A stretch of DNA of 64,000 nucleotides from a candidate division WWE3 bacterium GW2011_GWC2_41_23 (GCA_000996895.1 LCBB01000002.1:27596-91595); one strand, 5' to 3'. Counted from the first letter of the stretch, positions 1 to 8,425 are shown. The notes: generated by a model not told the origin, from the sequence alone. Numbers and translations: made by a program.

Positions 1-1
1 G

Positions 2-289
2 GTTGATATTAAAAATGCTAAAAATAATTTTATTTTAGTGTTTAACCAGTCTTTTGATTCTAACTGGAAAGTATATTTTGAAGGAAAGGAAATTGGCACA
101 AATCACAACCTGGTTAACTTTTATGCCAATTTTTGGGATATCAATATTAAAGACGCAAACGGTATTCAAGACTTCCAGTTGGTTATAGAATATTACCCTC
201 AAAAGTTTGTTTATATAGGGTCTGTAATGACCACTATTTTTATTTTATTTTCAGGTGTGTTATATTTTTTACGCTTGCAAAAGAAGTAG
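2..289 (+). CDS. C-terminal part of a YfhO-like membrane protein (5' truncated by the window)
   Basis: Frame is open from position 2 (VDIKNAKNNFILVFNQSFDSNWK...HNLVNFYANFW...IEYYPQ) and ends in a TM helix plus basic tail, a C-terminal pattern of YfhO-type membrane glycosyltransferases. Confidence 0.55.
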   Translation, partial: VDIKNAKNNFILVFNQSFDSNWKVYFEGKEIGTNHNLVNFYANFWDINIKDANGIQDFQLVIEYYPQKFVYIGSVMTTIFILFSGVLYFLRLQKK

Positions 290-328
290 TGTTGTACCTT
301 ATGTCTTAGGCATATATAATCACTGCCA

Positions 329-982
329 ATGAAACATTTGTTCAAAAATTCACTTTCTATATACGAGTATTTTGTTGACTATCTTTTAAGAAAATATCTG
401 AGAAAAACAACCGAAGTGTTCGATTGCGGCTGTGGAAACGGAGACCACACCTCAATCGCTAAAAGATACTCGAACAAAGTAACTGGTGGGGATTTTGTAA
501 ACTTTTTAAATCCAAAATATGATATCGAATTTCGGAAAATAAGCGAGGGTTACTACGGAAACAAAAACGAATTTGACGTTGTAATCTCGTTTGATGTTAT
601 AGAGCATGTAAAAGATCCGCATTTATATCTCAAAATGCTGGCGGATATTGTAAAATCTGGCGGCGTAATAATAATAGGAACGCCCAACAGGCTCAGACTA
701 TCTAACAAAATTATAGAATTGATCCATGGTAAAATAACATTTCCAAGAAATTTAGGGTATCACCTTGAAAGTGGGGGCGAAATTATTCATATCCAAGAGT
801 TTACAATGCCCGAACTCATCGACTTGGGGAAGGGTGTACCGGGGTTAAAAGTCGTGGAGAAATTAAGCGGCTTCCTAGGATTGTATACTCCGTTAGGTGC
901 TTTAGGAATCAAATCAACGGGCCAGCACAGCCTGATAAAATTTGCGCAACACTTATTCATTGTTTATAACGTAACAAAATGA
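329..982 (+). CDS. Class I SAM-dependent methyltransferase
   Basis: Motifs VFDCGCGNG, FDVVISFDVIEHV and GGVIIIGTPN. Confidence 0.85.
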   Translation: MKHLFKNSLSIYEYFVDYLLRKYLRKTTEVFDCGCGNGDHTSIAKRYSNKVTGGDFVNFLNPKYDIEFRKISEGYYGNKNEFDVVISFDVIEHVKDPHLYLKMLADIVKSGGVIIIGTPNRLRLSNKIIELIHGKITFPRNLGYHLESGGEIIHIQEFTMPELIDLGKGVPGLKVVEKLSGFLGLYTPLGALGIKSTGQHSLIKFAQHLFIVYNVTK

Positions 983-1198
983 TGCTTCGATTCATAGAGA
1001 AATTTTCAACAATCTGGTTCGCTTATTCTAAGCGTCAGGTGCAAAGAGTACTTGGTAGGCGCTCTTATCGGAATCCAACAACAGTGCTCTACGAAATATT
1101 TTTCGCAATAAACTAATACTGCCCACTTTCCTATAAAAGAAGTTACCTGAAACAGTTACAAAAAACATAACCAAGAATCACCCAATCCAGTTAAACAC

Positions 1199-1870
1199 TT
1201 AGAGTTTTCTAAAGTTGAAAAACACCTCTGTTATGAATACCCTAGACTCGATGTTTAGCTTCAAGGGGAGGGCGCATCCAAACCGCCACAATACCGGAGT
1301 AAAAGACATGGTACAAACTCCATCTAATTTAAATCCGAGGCTGTTGAAAATATTCGTATAATAATGAGGCAATTGCATATTAGTGTGGAATCTATCGTAC
1401 AAATGCTTAGTAGAAGGGAAAGGCACGGAAAACAGAACCCTACCACCAGAATTTAATAATTCATAAATATTTACGGCTGCCTTACCCATGTTATCAATAT
1501 GTTCGAATACGTCAAATGCTATGACTACATCGAATTTTTCCTCTAGTGGCAAGGGTTTTAAAATATCTAGTTTGTAATATCTGTTTTGTAACCCACACCC
1601 ACGGTAAATACTTGAATTAATATCTGATGCAACCACATTATTAAATCCTTTGTCATTAAGTAATTTAATAAAACCTCCGTGCCCACTACCGATTTCTATT
1701 ATTGACCGAGTCTTATCTTTCTCAAAGTCCGAACAAACTCCCTTAACTGAGATGTAATAGTTAAGAAACCACTTAGAGCTGACTTTTAACGACACGTTTC
1801 TATTGTAAACTTCGTCATAATACTTGCCACTCGAATAACTACTTGAAACGGGTTGTGTCACTGCCCCCAC
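1199..1870 (-). CDS. Class I SAM-dependent methyltransferase
   Basis: Motifs IIEIGSGHGG, FDVVIAFDVFEHI and GGRVLFSVP. Confidence 0.85.
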   Translation of the reverse strand: MGAVTQPVSSSYSSGKYYDEVYNRNVSLKVSSKWFLNYYISVKGVCSDFEKDKTRSIIEIGSGHGGFIKLLNDKGFNNVVASDINSSIYRGCGLQNRYYKLDILKPLPLEEKFDVVIAFDVFEHIDNMGKAAVNIYELLNSGGRVLFSVPFPSTKHLYDRFHTNMQLPHYYTNIFNSLGFKLDGVCTMSFTPVLWRFGCALPLKLNIESRVFITEVFFNFRKL

Positions 1871-2919
1871 CCCTCCCTACTCAACTCCGCACTTTTAAAG
1901 TAGCGGCCCACACGCCCTGTCCCATAAACCCACAAAGTGATCCAACAAGCGGCGGGATGAAAAAACCAGGCAGTATCAAATTTTTTAAATAATCCTGCAA
2001 TCATTTGCACAAGTAAAGGTACCACCAATACGCAAGACAAAACAAACTTTACCATTCCCCACGGATTTTTCCCGCTCAAGTCCATATCTCCCCAACTAAA
2101 TTCGCGGTCTTTCTTCTCATTTAAATGAAAAAGGTAGTCTTTCACACGCCTCTTTTGTTTCCTTGCAAACTTTCCGATATCACTTCCGCAGAAATTATGA
2201 ATTATTCCGTTTTTTACTTTAATAAATTTAACCGAGCCCTTGTCCTTTATTTCCTTCGCCAAGATATCAATATCGAACAAATAGTCGCCTGTTACCCTGC
2301 TTTTTAAAAACTCAGTTCGGAAAACAGTTCCGTTTGCCCCAATTGTAGGTACTCCCCGTCGGTCCAAGCCCAAAAGCAAGTAGCCGCCCATGTCTTCTTC
2401 TTCGTGCTCCACTTCCGTCCACTTGCCGGTTAGTAAATTCACCCTATCGTAGTTGCCTAAAAACATTACAAACGGATCGTTCATACCGATTAACGCACAA
2501 TATCTGTCTATAAATCCGTTTTCTTTTCTCCAAATATATTTCCACGGCTCGCTTCCTACCGCTTCAACGTGTTTCAACAAAGGCTCAATCATCTGACCCA
2601 ACCATCCGCTGTCCGGCAAAATATTATCTGAGTCTATTAACACCGCGAAATCCCCCGTGCAGGCCTTCAATGCTGCCGCTTTACCTGCCTCTCCGGTCTT
2701 TAATTTGTTTTGTACAACAACCGCCCCATATTCCTTAGCTAATTCAACCGTTCCGTCAGCAGAACCGCCGTCAGCTACTACTATTTCGATTTTTTCTTTG
2801 GGGTAGTTCTGATTATTTATTGATTCCAAGCAATTCTTTAACACCGAAACGGCATTAAGTGTGGGTATCAGTATGGATATTGTAGGGGTTTCGGACAAAT
2901 CTTCTGGCTGATTTTCCAT
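1858..2919 (-). CDS. Glycosyltransferase family 2 with C-terminal TM segments
   Basis: Motifs ISILIPTLN, VVADGGSADGT and LIDSDN (DxD). Confidence 0.88.
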   Translation of the reverse strand: MENQPEDLSETPTISILIPTLNAVSVLKNCLESINNQNYPKEKIEIVVADGGSADGTVELAKEYGAVVVQNKLKTGEAGKAAALKACTGDFAVLIDSDNILPDSGWLGQMIEPLLKHVEAVGSEPWKYIWRKENGFIDRYCALIGMNDPFVMFLGNYDRVNLLTGKWTEVEHEEEDMGGYLLLGLDRRGVPTIGANGTVFRTEFLKSRVTGDYLFDIDILAKEIKDKGSVKFIKVKNGIIHNFCGSDIGKFARKQKRRVKDYLFHLNEKKDREFSWGDMDLSGKNPWGMVKFVLSCVLVVPLLVQMIAGLFKKFDTAWFFHPAACWITLWVYGTGRVGRYFKSAELSREGWGQ

Positions 2920-2938
2920 TTGTATATTGTACTACAAC
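2920..2938 (-). promoter_or_regulatory. -10 element (TACAAT) 6 nt upstream of ATG, leaderless-type promoter
   Basis: Minus strand reads gttgtagTACAATatacaaATG; the same 14-mer occurs at 3616-3629. Confidence 0.55.
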
Positions 2939-2962
2939 AGCGTTCTCCCGAGCTCCCGAAAA

Positions 2963-3610
2963 CTAAGCGGATTTTTGGGCTTTGGCTACTACTGTCTGAC
3001 TTAAAAATGACAAAAATTTAGGCGGCCTAACAACCCTATACTTAACCGTAACCGGATGGTACAAACCCAGCCAGAAATTCTCTATATCAACCCTGCCAAA
3101 CTTAGATTTACTATATAAATTTTCTAAGGATCCCTTTGTATATTCTCTTAAGTGAACGCAATCTCCAAGCACATCGGTTGTACCCAAAAACATGGGAAAA
3201 ACCGGAAACTTACCGGTAGCAATTGTCCTGACCCAGCGTCCTACTCTGAACAAATTCGGTGTGAATACATAAGCAACTCCTCCGGGTTTTAACACTCTGT
3301 ACATCTCGTTAATAAAATTCAGGTCATTTTCTACGTGCTCTAAAACGTCAAAATTTGTAATTATATCGAAGGAATTATCAGTAAAACTTAATTTATCCTT
3401 TTCAATGATATTAAACGGAAATTTACTTTTGTTCTCAGGTTTTCTTGCATCTGCAATGTCGCAGCCTATTACGTCGGCTCCACGTTTGCAAAGTTCGTAA
3501 GTTGTGTCACCGCCTCCGCAGCCAATATCCAAAACTTTCTTGTCTTTGAAATCTATCTTGTCCAAAAATTTGAGGAAATCCAAGAAATAATAATCGGTCT
3601 TCATTTCCAT
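2963..3610 (-). CDS. Class I SAM-dependent methyltransferase
   Basis: Motifs VLDIGCGGG, FDIITNFDVLEHV and RVLKPGG..TPN. Confidence 0.88.
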   Translation of the reverse strand: MEMKTDYYFLDFLKFLDKIDFKDKKVLDIGCGGGDTTYELCKRGADVIGCDIADARKPENKSKFPFNIIEKDKLSFTDNSFDIITNFDVLEHVENDLNFINEMYRVLKPGGVAYVFTPNLFRVGRWVRTIATGKFPVFPMFLGTTDVLGDCVHLREYTKGSLENLYSKSKFGRVDIENFWLGLYHPVTVKYRVVRPPKFLSFLSQTVVAKAQKSA

Positions 3611-3629
3611 TTTTCTATTGTACTACAAC
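3611..3629 (-). promoter_or_regulatory. -10 element (TACAAT) 6 nt upstream of ATG, leaderless-type promoter
   Basis: Minus strand reads gttgtagTACAATagaaaaATG. Confidence 0.55.
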
Positions 3630-3648
3630 CTAAACAAGCTAAGCCCGA

Positions 3649-3694
3649 TTTACTATCATAACCGATTTTGATATACTACAGGCATAAAAATCGG
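3649..3694 (+). promoter_or_regulatory. Sigma70-like promoter with a flanking inverted repeat
   Basis: TTTACT-17 nt-TATACT with an extended TG; ccgatttt (3662-3669) and aaaatcgg (3687-3694) form an inverted repeat around the -10. Confidence 0.5.
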
Positions 3695-3711
3695 AGTGAA
3701 AGGGAGGGCGA

Positions 3712-3951
3712 ATGTACGATTTTTTCTTTTTCACGGTAGAGGGGTTTTCTACTGCACTGGAAAGGCTACGCAGGAGCGACAAAAGCTGGTACCACTGCTC
3801 CGAAAAGCTCCTCATCAGTTTTTATGAGGGATGCGACGCTGATTTCCTGGTGGGAGAACTTGCACTACTGGGAGTAGGCAGCGGAGCATACAAACTAGAA
3901 CGACCGGACAGGAAGAAGGGAGGAACCGAACAAAGCTCGCGCACGTGTTGA
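3712..3951 (+). CDS. Hypothetical small protein (79 aa)
   Basis: Strong SD (aagggagg) and an upstream promoter; no recognisable motif. Confidence 0.6.
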   Translation: MYDFFFFTVEGFSTALERLRRSDKSWYHCSEKLLISFYEGCDADFLVGELALLGVGSGAYKLERPDRKKGGTEQSSRTC

Positions 3952-4004
3952 ACAACACATCTCTTTATCAGATAGCTAAACGGCACAGAAAGGCAAGGGA
4001 GGAT

Positions 4005-4226
4005 ATGTACATATTTTTTTGTTCGCCTGATGATTTGAGCAGAGCAATGCGGATTGGCGAAAAAATGCACGTGTTTGAAAGTCAGCATTATACTGTAGAC
4101 GCGGAAAAAAACCGGATAACCTTTGACAGCGCGTATCCGGAAAAAGTCCATATGTTTATAGCGGCTATCAAGCACGCTAATTCCTGCCCTGACAAACAAC
4201 CCATCTGCTTTAATATCGCACGCTAG
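4005..4226 (+). CDS. Hypothetical small protein (about 73 aa; alternative GTG start at 3945)
   Basis: aagggagg precedes ATG 4005 (MYIFFCSPDD...); followed by a terminator. Confidence 0.55.
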   Translation: MYIFFCSPDDLSRAMRIGEKMHVFESQHYTVDAEKNRITFDSAYPEKVHMFIAAIKHANSCPDKQPICFNIAR

Positions 4227-4249
4227 GTTATTTTTAACCGACAGAACAT

Positions 4250-4288
4250 AAGCCCGTTGTTTTTACCAAAACACAACGGGCTTTTTTT
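4250..4288 (+). terminator. Intrinsic terminator
   Basis: Stem agcccgttgt / acaacgggct followed by a T-tract. Confidence 0.8.
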
Positions 4289-4325
4289 ATTAAACCGTGT
4301 CCTCTTTTTGGCATATACGGCTGAT

Positions 4326-4354
4326 TTGAAAACACAGCCTTATGCTGTTAGAAT
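4326..4354 (+). promoter_or_regulatory. Sigma70 promoter with a palindromic spacer
   Basis: TTGAAA-17 nt-TAGAAT with an extended TG; the spacer contains the inverted repeat ACAGC-cttat-GCTGT. Confidence 0.6.
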
Positions 4355-4545
4355 CCCATACACAAAGATAAATCCGTAAAAAAGGAGAGAAAATTATGGG
4401 CAGACACGTGAGGCGGGGTTGAGGTAAACCTGTCTTCATAAGTTGGAAAAAAGACGGTAATCAGACTGCATCTCAGAAACCAAATACAAAGGAATACTTT
4501 CCGGCGAATCCGAGGCGAGCTAACCAAACCTAAAAAGGGACTGAC

Positions 4546-4773
4546 GTGATAATTTTTATGTCTTACGATAACGCGTTGGCAGCAAGCAAACAAGTGGTCG
4601 GGCTACTCAGAACCGAGGGGTACAAAATTGAGTATCTTAAAGTTGAAATTGTCAAAAACAAAAACGGATTTTTCATTGAAGCTTCATCTGAGATGGATCC
4701 GTTGATGGCGGGCCGGTTCAGGCACCTTCTTAAGGAATACACGAAAACGTACCGAAAATACATCTCAATCTGA
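4546..4773 (+). CDS. Hypothetical small protein (75 aa)
   Basis: SD aaaggga plus GTG start; first of three closely spaced co-oriented ORFs. Confidence 0.6.
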   Translation: MIIFMSYDNALAASKQVVGLLRTEGYKIEYLKVEIVKNKNGFFIEASSEMDPLMAGRFRHLLKEYTKTYRKYISI

Positions 4774-4782
4774 GGAGGGGAA

Positions 4783-5076
4783 ATGTTATACAGGCTCGGT
4801 AACCTGGGAAAAGGTACGGTAGCATACGCTTCACCGAAGGCTCTTGTGTGCCATACAGGAAGGTTGTACATAAACTTTAACGTAAAGGTGACGCTGGGCT
4901 ACGACTCTGTGGGAGACAGAACTATGCGTGTTACTATGCTCGGAAAAGGAGTGCTCGTAACTCTGTGCACCATACCGAAAGGTTTCAACATACCTGTTTT
5001 GGACAGGTGGGTAATCTTGGGCACGAACTTTAGACCTGTCAAACTTGAGAAAATCGTGCGAACTAACTGCAACTAG
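4783..5076 (+). CDS. Hypothetical protein (97 aa), paralog of the next gene
   Basis: SD gaggagggg; shares SP..A/LYIN.N/VT...GVLV...T.P with 5089-5388. Confidence 0.7.
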   Translation: MLYRLGNLGKGTVAYASPKALVCHTGRLYINFNVKVTLGYDSVGDRTMRVTMLGKGVLVTLCTIPKGFNIPVLDRWVILGTNFRPVKLEKIVRTNCN

Positions 5077-5088
5077 AAAGGAAGAGAA

Positions 5089-5388
5089 ATGATAAAGCTC
5101 AGGGAATTACCAGTTAACGCAAGGGTATTTGTTTCGCCGGGCGCGTTTATCAAATTTGAGGAGAAGTTGTACATAAATCTTAACTCTCAGATAAACGCGG
5201 TTTGTGATCCTTCGCGATACTTTACCGTAGAGGTCACAAGGCAGGAACAGGGGGTTTTGGTAAATATGAGCACCTTACCCGAACCACTCCTCGCACTGGA
5301 AATTGTCGACAAAATCTTTAAGAGAATAATCGACGACCATTTCCATCCAATTACCTTGGAAGGGTATAGGTTATTCGATACGTGCTAG
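5089..5388 (+). CDS. Hypothetical protein (99 aa), paralog of the previous gene
   Basis: SD aaagga; sequence similarity to 4783-5076. Confidence 0.7.
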   Translation: MIKLRELPVNARVFVSPGAFIKFEEKLYINLNSQINAVCDPSRYFTVEVTRQEQGVLVNMSTLPEPLLALEIVDKIFKRIIDDHFHPITLEGYRLFDTC

Positions 5389-5393
5389 CGCTC

Positions 5394-5433
5394 AAAGCCA
5401 CGGTGTTTACTAAAATAAACTCGTGGCTTTTTT
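5394..5433 (+). terminator. Intrinsic terminator, possibly bidirectional
   Basis: Stem aaagccacg...cgtggcttt plus T-tract, between convergent genes. Confidence 0.8.
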
Positions 5434-5466
5434 GTAATCAAATGCGTACACATTTTTTGGAAGAGT

Positions 5467-7077
5467 TTATTCTTTCTTAGCTGCTGCACCCGCAAACATA
5501 CTTTTTAATGCACTTCCCCAAAACTTAGGAGACAACCAATTTACCTTTGTCTGCTCCTTATCAAAGTCCAATAGATGGCCTAATAGTTTCCAGGCTGAGT
5601 AACCTAAAAATTTGACGTCACTCCAATTTCTTACCGAAAGTACTTTTCTTAAAATGTACTGAGGTGTGAAAAATGAAGAATAAAGTGATTGGGTTAATTC
5701 GTACAAACGTTCGTTTGAAAACGGTATTTTCATAACAGGCGCTCTCATATCAAACTTTTCATAGTCCTTTGCCCCGACCTGCAACCAATCTTTCTCCACA
5801 CACTCCTTATATAAAGGAGTCCCGGGATACGGTATTACGATTGTAGCCTGCATGGTGTCAACGTAGCCCCTTTTAAAGAGATCTTTGGCCAAGTCTATGG
5901 TCTTTTGAGCCATTTCCTCGGTTTCCCAGGGGTAGCCTAACATAACGGTTACGTGGGGCTCCAAACCTGCCTTTTTAGCTATTCTGGCGCCTTCTGCAAT
6001 CTCTTCTACCTGCAGTCCTTTATCCAACTTGTCCAAAGTAAACTGATTCGCCGATTCCATTCCATACAAAATAAATCTGAAATTGGCTTTGCCCATGAGT
6101 TCGTAATACTCGGAAGTTAAAGCGTTTAATCTCATGTTGCAGCCAAACACAACTTTCTTGCTGTAACCGGACTCTATCAGAAGTTCGCAGAACTTTTTCA
6201 ACGGCGGGCCGATAAATAAAGTTCCCGCATCATCAAAAATTTCTTTGACGCCGTAGTTGTCGACAACATGTTTAACTTCGGCAAAAAGCCTTTCGGGGGA
6301 AAATCTTCTATAGAAACCTTGTGGATTTAAAGTGTGATCCCAAACACAAAAAGTGCATCTATTCCACCAACAATCTCTTCCTGAATACATGTAAGTTGCA
6401 GGCGTATATTTATAATTTCCGTTCGCGTATGCGTAAAGTTTCCATTTTGTTAAGTCCCGGTCTACAAACGGAAGGTCATCTAAATTATGTTGCAGTTCTA
6501 AAGGTCCGCTCTGCCAGTATTCTTCTTCACCGGAAATTTCTGATTTATGCATTTTCAACCACTTGGGATCTACGGATACTTTTGTATCCCCTTTTCTACC
6601 GTAAACTCCCCCGGGTAAGTAGCTGTGGCTACTTATGGCTTCAACGGTATCGCTCAAAAGAAAATCGTAATCGCCTCCCGTTATTATGTAATCAACTTTG
6701 CAGGCGTCTAATGTTTCTACGGGGTTCCAGGTAACGTGGTCACCGACCAAAATAACTACCATATTGGGGAACTTCTCTTTGATATCATCTATTATTTTCC
6801 AGTGAAATTTCAAGACAGGAGCTTTGGTCTCCATCATAAGATAATCGGGCTGTTCTCTTTCAAGATCTGCAAGCCATTCCGTGTAGGTTTTCTTCTCCGC
6901 GATGCCGTCCATCCACACCACATCATATCCTCGTTCTTTAGCTAGTGACGCAGCATAAGCCGGAACCATGGGATAAATGTATGTGGGAGCATTAAAGTAC
7001 TGGAACTGTCTGTTCTGGGATAATAATGGCACTCCCTTGTACTGATCTATTGGAGGATACCCTATTGCAATTTTCAT
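5467..7077 (-). CDS. Cobalamin-binding radical SAM protein (class B methyltransferase / HpnJ-like architecture)
   Basis: N-terminal B12-binding-like domain (YPP..., VILVGDHVT, GGDYD); cluster motif GRDCWWNRCTFC; YGMESANQ; MLGYPWET; IPYPGTPLY. Confidence 0.85.
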   Translation of the reverse strand: MKIAIGYPPIDQYKGVPLLSQNRQFQYFNAPTYIYPMVPAYAASLAKERGYDVVWMDGIAEKKTYTEWLADLEREQPDYLMMETKAPVLKFHWKIIDDIKEKFPNMVVILVGDHVTWNPVETLDACKVDYIITGGDYDFLLSDTVEAISSHSYLPGGVYGRKGDTKVSVDPKWLKMHKSEISGEEEYWQSGPLELQHNLDDLPFVDRDLTKWKLYAYANGNYKYTPATYMYSGRDCWWNRCTFCVWDHTLNPQGFYRRFSPERLFAEVKHVVDNYGVKEIFDDAGTLFIGPPLKKFCELLIESGYSKKVVFGCNMRLNALTSEYYELMGKANFRFILYGMESANQFTLDKLDKGLQVEEIAEGARIAKKAGLEPHVTVMLGYPWETEEMAQKTIDLAKDLFKRGYVDTMQATIVIPYPGTPLYKECVEKDWLQVGAKDYEKFDMRAPVMKIPFSNERLYELTQSLYSSFFTPQYILRKVLSVRNWSDVKFLGYSAWKLLGHLLDFDKEQTKVNWLSPKFWGSALKSMFAGAAAKKE

Positions 7078-7151
7078 CTTGAAAACCCTTTTTTCATTTG
7101 TTTAGTATATATAAAGCAATCGGGAAGTTCAACTAAGATATCGACAACTAT

Positions 7152-7409
7152 CTATTTGTTTTCCGGATATAAAACGTTACCTTCGAGGTCCTCAACAATA
7201 ATGGCTGTAGTGGGACATGACTTAGCACCCTTAATAATTTTTTCTGCCTCGTCCCAAGTTCCTTCTTTCGCGTACACAATACCGTTTGCATCCAAATCAA
7301 AAGTTTCCGGCGCGTGTATTATGCAAGTCGCCGCACTAATACATTTCTCGTTTATAACTTTAATTATTACTTTCGAATTCGGATTTTTATATGTAACAGT
7401 TTCTTCCAT
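7152..7409 (-). CDS. Ferredoxin, probably [3Fe-4S]
   Basis: CISAATC...SCPTTAI is a single-cluster ferredoxin pattern with the second Cys replaced by Ala. Confidence 0.8.
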   Translation of the reverse strand: MEETVTYKNPNSKVIIKVINEKCISAATCIIHAPETFDLDANGIVYAKEGTWDEAEKIIKGAKSCPTTAIIVEDLEGNVLYPENK

Positions 7410-7411
7410 TT

Positions 7412-8425
7412 TTATCCTCCTAAATAATTTCCCGTTGTTTTATCGACGCCCCTCAATTTTAACGCAGGTTTTTTCAATATGCCAACTATAAAATTTATTC
7501 CGTACACTATATGAGTTAGAAAAATTCCTAAAGAAACATAAACCGCTCCTTTTAGATTTTTATCTTTGAAAAAAACGCGGGCACCTTCGCAAATCAACAT
7601 TGACAGGTATAGGACCAACCCGATTAGGTACAGCTCCCAAAGCCGGGGTAAGGCTAAAGATATGAAAGGACCCAGAACCAAGCCCGTTACAAACGCCGAA
7701 GGGGCAAAATAGGAGGGAAGCCTGGACGTTTCGGGAAAAATCCTGGCAAACTGGCCTCTGTGGCGTCCATACCTGGATATTTGCTTTAGGTGCGGGATAA
7801 AAAGGTTCCTTCTGTGATGATAAACCACCGGTGAGGGCTCATAGTTAAACTTTCTTCCCTGAGACTTTACCAGATCAAGACAAAGCTTGGTGTCCTCCCC
7901 AGGCCAAAATTCAACGGGAAAGCCCCCTACCCCATCGAATACTTTTTTCCGCACAAATAAGTTTACTGTGGGGTAGTCATCGATTTCCATACTTTTTCCG
8001 GGCGTATGCCTGTAAACCGTTCCGGCACTTGCCATCCAGGACTCCAGCACCCTCCCCGACATTTTTTCCAAAAACTCCGCATCTTTCGGTGTCATGGCGG
8101 GTCCCCCAAGAGCGTACGCTTCCTGATTTTCAAAAACTTCAACTGCCCTGTCTAACCAATCTTTTTCCGGATATGCGTCATCGTCCAAAAAAGCTAATAT
8201 GTCTCCGGAAGCTTTTGCCGCACCTATATTTCTTTTTTCACCGGGTCCTATAGGGCCGGAATTTATCAGGATAAATCTTGAGTCCTGAAAATCATAACTC
8301 TCTTCCTCGTCGGTAATGATTACTACTTCGAAATTTTGGTAAGTAAGTTCTTTCAGGTGAGAAATATTCTCTTTTAAAAACTCATTTATTTTTCTGACGG
8401 GAATAATAATGCTGAACTTATTCAC
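7412..8425 (-). CDS. Glycosyltransferase family 2 with C-terminal TM segments
   Basis: Motifs FSIIIPV, RNIGA, AFLDDDAYP and GEDTKL. Confidence 0.88.
   Translation of the reverse strand: MNKFSIIIPVRKINEFLKENISHLKELTYQNFEVVIITDEEESYDFQDSRFILINSGPIGPGEKRNIGAAKASGDILAFLDDDAYPEKDWLDRAVEVFENQEAYALGGPAMTPKDAEFLEKMSGRVLESWMASAGTVYRHTPGKSMEIDDYPTVNLFVRKKVFDGVGGFPVEFWPGEDTKLCLDLVKSQGRKFNYEPSPVVYHHRRNLFIPHLKQISRYGRHRGQFARIFPETSRLPSYFAPSAFVTGLVLGPFISLALPRLWELYLIGLVLYLSMLICEGARVFFKDKNLKGAVYVSLGIFLTHIVYGINFIVGILKKPALKLRGVDKTTGNYLGG

Noticed and set aside
982-1116. 44-aa ORF (MLRFIEKFSTIW...) overlapping the methyltransferase stop as TGATG
   Set aside because: Short, no motif and no independent support; not called as a gene.
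4396-4533. UGA-to-Gly recoding (code 25) as an explanation for the in-frame TGA
   Set aside because: Several genes here end at TGA at the expected length (for example 982, rplR at 32542, and 58261), and long conserved genes contain no internal TGA.
3822-4871. Minus-strand ORFs 3822-4199, 4348-4593 and 4563-4871
   Set aside because: They overlap plus-strand ORFs that have promoters, SD sequences and terminators.
3630-5440. Integron cassette array or prophage
   Set aside because: No integrase or phage structural genes, and the hairpins look like intrinsic terminators rather than attC sites.
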